A stretch of 64,000 bases of DNA from positions 61,380,001 through 61,444,000 of the forward strand of contig OZ024746.1 of the NCBI GenBank assembly GCA_964016885.1, read 5' to 3'. A program made the translations under genes and the position numbers. Of the stretch, positions 53,618 to 64,000 are shown piece by piece (the first letter of the stretch is position 1; every line of letters begins with the position of its first letter). Under the pieces are notes generated by a model. It searched no databases. It worked only from the letters and a program-made list of their open reading frames with translations, and was not told the DNA's origin. Source of the stretch: Eledone cirrhosa (Eukaryota).

Positions 53618-54477
53618 TCATCATCATCATCAACATCATCATTTTACGTCCGCTCTTCCTTGCTTGCAAGGGTGGGACGGGTCTTATTCAGCACAGCATC
53701 TCTCCACTTGTCACGGTCCTTCGTCGTCTCCACCGTGAGCTTCAGTGATCTGAGGTCTGTTCTCACCACCTCCGCCCATGTTTTTCGTGGTCTACGTCTT
53801 CCTTCAACTGGCATTTCCTGGCACTTCTTTGCGCATCACATGTCCATACCACCTCAGTCTCCTCTCCTGTATACTACATTCTATCCCTCTCAGACACAGT
53901 TTCTCTCTCAACACATCCATGCTGGGTCGTTCACGCACATTGACACTGCACATCCAACGGAGCATGCTTGCCTCATTTCTTTCCAGCCATCGCATATCCT
54001 CTACAGTTGCTGCCCATGTCTCACTACCATGCAACATCGTGCTCCTCACATAGGCATCATATAACCGGCCTTTCATACGCAGGGAGAAACCCTTCTTCAT
54101 CAGCAGAGGAAGCAGCTCCCTAAACTTCTTCCAACCCGTCCTTATTCTAGATACTATGGCCTCGGAACACCTCCATCCCATGCTAATCTGATCTCCTAGG
54201 TACCGGAAGCTATCCACCTTCTATAGCACCCTCCTGCATTTGAAAAATGTGTCTATCAATGCGACTTCTACTGCCTAATTTCCCTGTATATCTACTGCAT
54301 ACATATTTCTCCCTACCTGTTAGTTTGCCTGCTATCCCACTAAATCTCTTGTGTACCCAGGATCTGCATTGTGTGCATTTTATAGAATTTATGCCAGTTC
54401 CTTTTCTGCATATCGAACATGGCCATTTCCCTGACGGAATCAGAGTTTTGTCCTCTTTTCTACTCATCAACACTTTG
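53618..54477 (-). mobile_element. 5'-truncated RTE family A copy
   Basis: Reverse complement closely matches about 4803-5680. Confidence 0.92.
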
Positions 54478-55681
54478 ATGTAGAAAATAATTGTTAATAC
54501 AGTTGGTAGCTATAAATAGCTTAGAAAATCAGGTAAAAACCTCATATTAGCTCAATAGTGAAAGCAGTCAGCTAGTATCTGAAAGATATTGTATTTGATT
54601 TTTCATAGAAACAGTTGGCCACTATTTTCTGCGTATCAGGGGTCTTTACTCTATTTTCTAAGCTATTTATAGAATAGCTAAGTTGTAATATATACCATAA
54701 CAAATTTCAAATAAAGACTCTCGTATGTTTATTATACATAAACATAATGTATATCCTTTCATATACACCCCTATTATGAACCACTCTATGTTAGTGCCAA
54801 CTCTAATCCCCCCCCCCCCTTAACCAGTCAAGTTCATGCTGTATGCAATTGAGCATCACCAGCCAATGTTTCATACACAAAACCCATTTAGACTTTAGCT
54901 TATTTTTTCTCAGTAGTGAGTGAATAAATGTCACTGATGATGGATAACAATCCAGAAATAGCTATCTTGCTTTCTCACTGTCACTGAGATAGCTGTGACA
55001 ATGACCATAGCAATACTCTTGTATGTTTATTATACATAAACATATCGTATATGTTTTCATATATACCTCTATGATGCACCACACTATATTAGTACTGCCA
55101 CATCTATACATCCGAAGAACACGAATCTAGAAAACAGCTTCTCCTTCAACAGGACAGACCCATGTAGAAGTAGCATGTGTCTCTCACATATGGCTACTTA
55201 AGATAATACTACAACTTTGGTTTTAAATACTACAAAGCTGTTAGCACGCAAGAAACTTAAACATTACAGCTACTTCATAAAGAAGGAAAAAACATGACAA
55301 AACCTGATGGCAAAAAAAAACTACATTTAAAGTTATTTTAATGTTTCTAGAAATATTTCTTTTAGGAGAGGGACAAGAATAACATTTGTAAGCTTGCCAG
55401 GATTTGGTCTTTACACCAAGATATATATATATATAAAATTAGAATTTTATTTCTCGCCTTAGCACAGCTGATACATAAATGTAAGTATGCATACGTACAC
55501 CCATATATTTATATATACACGCACACACATACACACATATATATATATATACATATGTATGTATGGGTTATATCGAATATTAATAATAATATTCGATTCA
55601 TTTGTAAACAAACAGCCCGATTAAAGCTGTGCCGTGCCAATAACAAATCGTCATCTGTTTATTCAACACTGGCGTTGAGGA

Positions 55682-55724
55682 ACAATCAACATGTTTCTGG
55701 GTTATTACCCTTCATCAGGACTGT
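55682..55724 (-). ncRNA. Minimal type-I hammerhead ribozyme motif
   Basis: ACAGTC-CTGATGA-AGGGT-AATA-ACCCA-GAAA-CATG-TT-GATTGT. Confidence 0.75.
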
Positions 55725-55899
55725 ATACCTCTGCCAGTCTGTTGAATGGTTGAAAATATATAGTATTTTCTTAAGTACACATCGGCTGAGTAGCCTCATT
55801 TGCATACCGGGTGAGTTACGGCTGGCCTTGCCGAATATTAAAAATGGAATTAGAATTTTATTTCTGGCCCGAGCACAGCTGATACATAAACGTAAGTAT

Positions 55900-56238
55900 G
55901 GAGGCACATGGCTTAGTGGTTAGAGCATTGGCTTTGCAATCGAAAGGTTGTGAGTTCAATACTCAGACCGGGTGATGTGTTGTTTCCTTGAGCAAGACAC
56001 TTTATTTCACATTGCTCCAGTTCGCTCAGCTGTAGAAATGAGATGATAGGGACTGGAGTCCATATCATTCCACTGCAAAGTGGACGTGTAGGCGCCATGG
56101 GAAAAAAGCACCCAGCACTCACTGTAAATGAGGTTGGTGTTAGGAAGGGCATCCAGCTGTAGAAATCAAGCCAGAATCAGTTCCTGTCCCACCCTTGCAA
56201 GCAGGGAAAAGCGGACGTAAAATGAAATGAAATGAAAA
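55900..56238 (+). mobile_element. tRNA-derived SINE (CORE-like + RTE module + RTE-A tail)
   Basis: A box TGGCTTAGTGG, B box GAGTTCAATAC, CCTTGAGCAAGACACTT, and tail GTCCCACCCTTGCAAGCAGGGAAAAGCGGACGTAAAATGA nearly identical to the RTE-A 3' end. Confidence 0.88.
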
Positions 56239-56252
56239 ATGAATGCACTCGT

Positions 56253-56318
<66 letters not shown>

Positions 56319-56419
56319 ATTATGTAATAAACAACATAAGGCAATTATTCCATTTACCAGTGGTTTCTTAAAAGCAAAAGGTTTTGCTTTCAATCCTCAG
56401 AATGAAAAATCCTGGTTTG

Positions 56420-56481
<62 letters not shown>

Positions 56482-56659
56482 CGTGTCCCAACGACTTTTT
56501 TTAGCCGTTGTTCGCACCAACCTGAGGCATATGGCCCTTAAAGCGATGAAATGCCTGGGACGGTTGGAGGGTCACTGATGAAGGACTCACTTTTTCATAT
56601 GCACCACCATTTGCAATGCGCAGCCATCATTATTATCATATATATATATATACATACAT

Positions 56660-56690
<31 letters not shown>

Positions 56691-56869
56691 CATACATACA
56701 CACACATATATGCACATATATATGTACGTATGGGTTATATTGAACATTAATAATATATATGTATATTATATATATATATGTAGCATAATTGCAAACGAAT
56801 TCAATATTATTATTAATATTCGAAAAACTCAGATTACATTTATTGTATTCAGCAATAACTTTTTGTTTG

Positions 56870-57938
56870 TTATATATTATATATATATGTATACTATATA
56901 TATATATATATGTATACTATATATATATATGTATATTATATATATATGTATATTATATATATATGTATATATATGTATATTATATATATGTGTATATTAT
57001 ATATATATGTATATATATGTATATTATATATATGTGTATATTATATATATATGTATATATATGTATATTATATATATATGTATATATATTTATATATATA
57101 TGTATATATATGTATATATGTGTATATTATATATATATGTATATATATGTATATTATATATATATGTATATATATGTATATTATATATATATGTATATAT
57201 ATGTATATTATATATATATGTATATATATGTATATTATATATATATGTATATTATATATATATATATATATATATGTACATTATATATATATATGTATAT
57301 TATATATATATGTATATTATATATATATGTATATTATATATATATGTATATATATGTATATTATATATATATGTATATATATGTATATTATATATATATG
57401 TATATATATGTATATTATATATATATGTATATATATGTATATTATATATATATGTATATATATGTATATTATATATATATGTATATATATGTATATTATA
57501 TATATATGTATATATATGTATATTATATATATATGTATATTATATATATATATATATATATATGTACATTATATATATATATGTATATTATATATATATG
57601 TATATTATATATATATGTATATATATGTATATTATATATATATGTATATATATGTATATTATATATATATGTATATATATGTATATTATATATATATGTA
57701 TATATATGTATATTATATATATATGTATATATATGTATATTATATATATATGTATATATATGTATATTATATATATATGTATATATATGTATATTATATA
57801 TATATGTATATATATGTATATTATATATATATATGTATATATATGTATATTATATATATATGTATATATATGTATATTATATATATATGTATATATATGT
57901 ATATATGTATATATATGTATATTATATATATATGTATA
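56870..57938. repeat. TA-derived array with GTATATTATATATATAT unit
   Basis: Direct inspection. Confidence 0.98.
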
Positions 57939-58125
57939 GGGCGGTGGATTGGCAGTATCGGTAGAGGGTCGGACGCCATGCTTTCCAGCATAGTTACGTC
58001 CCTTTACAGTCTGACTTCAAATCCCGCCGAGGTTAACTTTGCCTTTCATCCTTACGGGGTCGATAAAATAAAGTACCAGTAATGCACTGGGTAATTGATG
58101 GCCTTGTGCCTAATGTAGAAACATT
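57939..58125 (+). mobile_element. Full Meta-domain-like SINE
   Basis: GGCGGTGGATTGGCAGTATCGGTAGAG...GCCTTTCATCCTTACGGGGTCGATAAAATAAAGTACCAG. Confidence 0.85.
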
Positions 58126-58335
58126 TATATATATATGTATATATATGTATATTATATATATATGTATATTATATATATATGTATATTATATATATATGTA
58201 TATTATATATATATGTATATTATATATATATGTATATTATATGTATATATATGTATATTATATGTATATATATGTATATTATATGTATATGTATATATAT
58301 GTATATTATATATATATGTATATAAATGTATATAT

Positions 58336-58675
58336 GGAGGTACATGGCTTAGTGGTTAGAGCATTGGCCTTGCAATCGAAAGGTTGTGAATTCTCAGACC
58401 GGGTGTTGTGTTGTTTCCTTGAGCAAGACACTTTATTTCCCATTGCTCCAGTTTACTCAGCTGTAGAAATGAGATGATAGGGACTGAGGTCCATATCATT
58501 CCACTGCAAAGTGGTCGTGGAGGTGCAACGGCAAAAAAGCACCCAGCACTCACTTTAAATGAGGTTGGTGTTAGGAAGGGCATCCAGCTGTAGAAATCAA
58601 GCCAGAATCAGTTCCTGTCCCACCCTTGCAAGCAGGGAAAAGTGGACGTAAAATGAAATGATGATGATGATGATG
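58336..58675 (+). mobile_element. tRNA-derived SINE (CORE-like + RTE module + RTE-A tail)
   Basis: Near-identical to 55900-56238. Confidence 0.88.
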
Positions 58676-58847
58676 TACATCACGTTAACTCATTATTATG
58701 TATATTATATATATATATGTGTATGTATGTATATATGTATATCATACATATGTATGTATATATATGTATATATATATGTGTATATATATGTATATATACA
58801 CATATATATATATATATGTATATATATATGTATATATGTATGTAATG

Positions 58848-58965
58848 AAGGTGTGTAGCTGAGTGGTTAGAGAATTGGATTCGCAATCTTGAGGTTGTGA
58901 GTTCCATTCCTGGACCGGGCGATGCGTTATGTCCTTGAGCAAGACTCTTTATTTCACGTTGCTCC
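58848..58965 (+). mobile_element. SINE head/CORE-like fragment
   Basis: TAGCTGAGTGG...GAGTTCCATTCC...CCTTGAGCAAGACTCTT. Confidence 0.7.
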
Positions 58966-59152
58966 TTCTACCTGGTGTTGCAACTGATAGATAGTATTAG
59001 CAACGGGAAAGACCAATGGGAACATTGTTTCCTCAGTCCGATTTGACGAAAGTCGATCGATCCTAAAAAAATTATGTATGTATATATATATGTGTGTATA
59101 TATGTATGTATATATGTATAGATATATGTATGTATGTATATATGTATATATG

Positions 59153-60058
59153 TAAACAGCAGTTGGAATCAAGAGGACTGAGAGTGAACATAGCTAAGAG
59201 AAAAGTTTTGATAAATGGAAGAGAGGACAATACTCTGATTCCATCAGGCAAATGGCCATGTCATGTTCGATGTGTAGGAAAGGAACTGGCATAAATTCCA
59301 TAAAATGTACGCAATGCAGATCACAAGAGATGTAGTGGGATAGCAGGCAAACTAACAGGTAGGGAAAACTATGTATGCAGTAGATGTACAGGGAAAGTTG
59401 GCAGTAGTAATTGCAGTGATACACATTTTTCAAATGCAGGTGGGTTCTATAGAAGTGGTTGATAGCTTCCGGTACCTAGGTGATCAGATTAGCATGGGAG
59501 GTGTGGGGGGGGGGGGTTCCGAGGCCATAGTATCTAGAATAAGGACGGGTTGGAAGAAGTTTAGGGAGCTGCTTCCTCTGTTGACAAAGAAGGGTTTCTG
59601 CCTGCGTACGAAAGGGCAGTTATATGATGCCTGTGTGAGATGCGTGATGCTGCATGGTAGTGAGACATGGGCAGCAACTGCAAAGGAATTAAGTAAGTAT
59701 GCTTCGTTGGATGTGCAATGTCAATGTGTGTGAACGAGCAAGCATAGACGAGTTGAGAAAGGAACTGGAAGAGGGATAAGTTGTGGTGTGCAGGAGAGAA
59801 GGCTGAGATAGTATGGACATGTGATGCTCATGGAGGATGACTGCTGGGTGAAGAAGTGCCAGGAAGTCCCAGTGGAGGGAAGACGCAGTAGAGGTAGACC
59901 ATGAAAAACATGGATAGAGGTGGTGAGAGCAGACCTCAGATCGCTGAAACTCACTGAGGAGATGACGAAGGACAGTGACAAGTGGAGAGATGCTCTGCTG
60001 AATAGGACCTGTTCAACCCTTGCAAGCAGGGAAAAGCGGACGTAAAATGATGATGATG
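59153..60058 (+). mobile_element. 5'-truncated, degenerate RTE family A copy
   Basis: Matches about 4754-5680 with indels. Confidence 0.9.
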
Positions 60059-60243
60059 TATATATTATACATATGTATGTATATATGTAAATATATATAT
60101 ATATATGTATGTATATATGTAAATATATATATATATATGTATGTATATATGTAAATATATATATATATATGTATGTAAATATGTAAATATATATATATAT
60201 ATGTATGTATATATGTACATATATATATATGTATGTATATATA

Positions 60244-60274
<31 letters not shown>

Positions 60275-60830
60275 ATATATGTACATATATATATGTGTGT
60301 ATATATGTATGTATATATGTATATAATATATATATGTATATAATATATATATGTATGTATATATGTATATAAGTACATACATATCATCATCATCATCATG
60401 TATATATTATATATATGTATATATTATATATATGTATATATATATTATATATATATATATATATGTATGTATATATTATATATATGTATGTATATATTAT
60501 ATATATGTATGTATATATTATATATATGTATGTATATATTATATATATATATATGTATGTATATATTATATATATATATATGTATGTATATATTATATAT
60601 ATATATATGTATATATTATATATATATATGTATATATTATATGTATATATTATGTATATATTATATGTATATATTATATATATATGTATATGTATATATT
60701 ATATATATATATGTATATATTATATATATATATGTATATATTATATATATATATGTATATATTATATATATATATGTATATATTATATATATATATTATA
60801 TATATATATGTATATATTATATATATATAT

Positions 60831-60861
<31 letters not shown>

Positions 60862-61437
60862 TATATATATATATTATATATATATATATATGTATATGTA
60901 TATATTATATATATGTATATGTATATATTATATATATGTATATGTATATATTATATATATATATATGTATATGTATATATTATATATATATATATGTATA
61001 TGTATATATTATATATATATATATGTATATGTATATATTATATATATATATATGTATATGTATATATTATATATATATATATGTATATGTATATATTATA
61101 TATATATATGTATATGTATATATTATATATATATATGAATATGTATATATTATATATATATATGTATATGTATATATTATATATATATGTATGTATCTAT
61201 TATATATATATATATATGTATATATTATATATATATATATGTATATATTATATATATATATATGTATATATTATATATATATATATGTATATATTATATA
61301 TATATATATGTATATATTATATACATATATATATTATATATATATGTATATGTATATATTATATAAATATATGTATATGTATATATTATATAAATATATA
61401 TATATGTATATATTATATGTATATCATATATATATCG

Positions 61438-61475
<38 letters not shown>

Positions 61476-61953
61476 TATATATGTATATCATGTATATATA
61501 TGTATGTATGTATATATGTATGTATATCATATATATATATATATATGTATATATATATGTATATATATATATATGTATGTATATATATATGTATGTATAT
61601 CATATATATATGTATATGTATATCATATATATGTATGTATGTATATATATATATATATGTATATCATATATATGTATGTATGTATATATATATATATATG
61701 TATATCATATATATGTATGTATGTATATATATATGTATATGTATATCATATATATATGTATATCATATATATATATGTATATCATATATATATGTATGTA
61801 TGTATATATATATATGTATATCATATATATATGTATATCATATATATATATGTATGTATATATATATATATATATGTATATCATATATATATATGTATAT
61901 ATTATATATATATATATATATCATATATATATATATATATATCATATATATAT

Positions 61954-62019
<66 letters not shown>

Positions 62020-62092
62020 TATATATATATATCATATATATCATATATATATATCATATATATATATATATCATATATATATATATATATAT

Positions 62093-62139
<47 letters not shown>
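60059..62139. repeat. TA-derived array (TATTA, then TATCATA variants)
   Basis: Direct inspection. Confidence 0.98.
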
Positions 62140-62145
<6 letters not shown>

Positions 62146-62198
62146 CATAAAATAAAGTTAAATAAAAGTCAAATGATTAAAATTTAGCTTCGTTTATT

Positions 62199-62253
62199 AC
62201 TGCTATATATATTTCAGTGACAGCCATCTTTGGCTGTGACCTCTTCAGGCAAT
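62199..62253 (-). ncRNA. Type-I hammerhead ribozyme motif (left arm)
   Basis: Exact reverse complement of 62475-62529. Confidence 0.75.
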
Positions 62254-62474
62254 TTGAATTAGTATGGTATAGACAAGTACATATGTTGTTAAGGTGTATA
62301 ATATTGTCAATACTCTGATATGCCCAGTTCCTTGTTGGGTTGTTATTTCACTAAGGAACTGGAGTCCAGTTCCTCAGTGAAATAACAACCCAACAAGGAA
62401 CTGGGCATATCAGAGTATTGACAATATTATACACCTTAACAACATATGTACTTGTCTATACCATACTAATTCAA

Positions 62475-62529
62475 ATTGCCTGAAGAGGTCACAGCCAAAG
62501 ATGGCTGTCACTGAAATATATATAGCAGT
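62475..62529 (+). ncRNA. Type-I hammerhead ribozyme motif (right arm)
   Basis: ATTGC-CTGAAGA-GGTCACAGCCA-AAGA-TGGCTGTCACT-GAAA-TATATA-TA-GCAGT. Confidence 0.75.
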
Positions 62530-62582
62530 AATAAACGAAGCTAAATTTTAATCATTTGACTTTTATTTAACTTTATTTTATG

Positions 62583-62588
<6 letters not shown>

Positions 62589-62624
<36 letters not shown>

Positions 62625-63029
62625 TACATATATATATATATGTATGTATATATTATATATATATATGTATATATTATATATATATATGTATATATTATAT
62701 ATATATATATGTATATATTATATATATATATATGTATATATTATATATTTATATATATATGTATATATTATGTATATATGTATATCATACATATATATGT
62801 ATGTATATGTATATATTTTATATATATGTATATATTATATATATATGTATTTATTATATATATATGTATTTATTATATATATATGTATTTATTATATATA
62901 TATGTATTTATTATATATATATGTATATATTATATATATATGTATATATTATATATATATGTATATATTATATACATATATATATACATATATATATATG
63001 TATATATATATGTATATCATATATATGTA

Positions 63030-63073
<44 letters not shown>

Positions 63074-63165
63074 TTATTATATATATATGTATATATTATA
63101 TATATGTATTTATTATATATATATATATGTATATATTATATATATATATATATCATATATATATA

Positions 63166-63197
<32 letters not shown>

Positions 63198-63501
63198 CAT
63201 ATATATGTATGTATATATTATATATATATATATTATATATATATATATATCATATATATGTATGTATATATGTATATATTATATATATATATATATCATA
63301 TATATGTATGTATATATATATATATTATATATATATATATATCATATATATGTATGTATATATATATATATTATATATATATATATATCATATATATGTA
63401 TGTATATATGTATATATTATATATATATATATATCATATATATGTATGTATATATGTATATATTATATATATATATATATCATATATATGTATCTATATA
63501 A

Positions 63502-63562
<61 letters not shown>

Positions 63563-63600
63563 TGTGTATGTATATATATTATATATATACACATACACAT
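62589..63600. repeat. TA-derived array
   Basis: Direct inspection. Confidence 0.98.
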
Positions 63601-63647
63601 TATATACATGTATGTTGTGTGTAGAAATATCCGTAAAAACCTGCTAA

Positions 63648-63876
63648 CCCTTTCGTTATGACATTTCTAAAGAAAGACATTGCCTATGATTATTCAAATC
63701 ATTTTGAGAGATATGCTAATATAACCTTTTCATTATTATGTTTATATTTGGAGCATAACTTAACAAAAGTTCTTACATAAAAAATTATGATGGTGGATTT
63801 TCAGATAAATGTAAATATTTGAAAATAAACAGTTTTGTATCTATGAACAGCTTCAAATAGCTTGATATCAAAAGGG
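63648..63876. mobile_element. Degenerate piggyBac-like MITE related to 21672-21926
   Basis: CTAA|CCCTTTCGTTA ... TATCAAAAGGG|TTAT; shared internal TTCAAATCATTTTGA. Confidence 0.55.
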
Positions 63877-64000
63877 TTATGTTATGTTCCAAACACCAGC
63901 ATAATATTGAAACAATTAGTTTATTACTAAAACCCTCCAAATTCTTGATTATTTTTTAAATCATAGGGAGAGACTTTCATTAGAAATATAACAAAAGATC

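Larger units (their letters stand above)
62140..62588. repeat. Near-perfect palindrome (about 224-bp arms, centre at 62364); Penelope-like pLTR hairpin
   Basis: Arms are reverse complements with one mismatch seen (62353 vs 62375); each arm holds a hammerhead motif. Confidence 0.95.

Noticed and set aside
55900-55975. tRNA gene
   Set aside because: A/B boxes belong to a repeated SINE head; no complete cloverleaf.
56576-56600. CTGATGA hammerhead half-core on the + strand
   Set aside because: No correctly placed GAAA or stem III.

Overview
Repeat-dominated animal genomic DNA, most likely an octopod cephalopod. This is inferred from SINE/LINE tail sequences I recognise as typical of Octopus and from the huge (TA)n-derived arrays. 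No intact host protein-coding gene can be supported. Most long ORFs in the track are artefacts of microsatellites. The window contains: a near full-length but disrupted RTE-clade LINE (APE endonuclease + RT with an inserted PHD-type finger) and many RTE fragments; two CR1-like LINE families; an L1/Tx1-like 3' end; a CRE-like fragment; two tRNA-derived SINE groups; a DD37D (maT) transposon remnant; TTAA MITEs; large tandem arrays; and a 200-N gap. The main non-obvious signal is RNA structure. There are type-I hammerhead ribozyme motifs at four loci, one of them duplicated in a near-perfect ~450-bp palindrome, which fits Penelope-like pLTR relics. There is also a double-pseudoknot candidate with HDV-like topology, and a covarying H-type pseudoknot module shared by an RTE 5' UTR, RTE 3' UTRs and SINE bodies. 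All folds were read by eye and need computational or biochemical confirmation.
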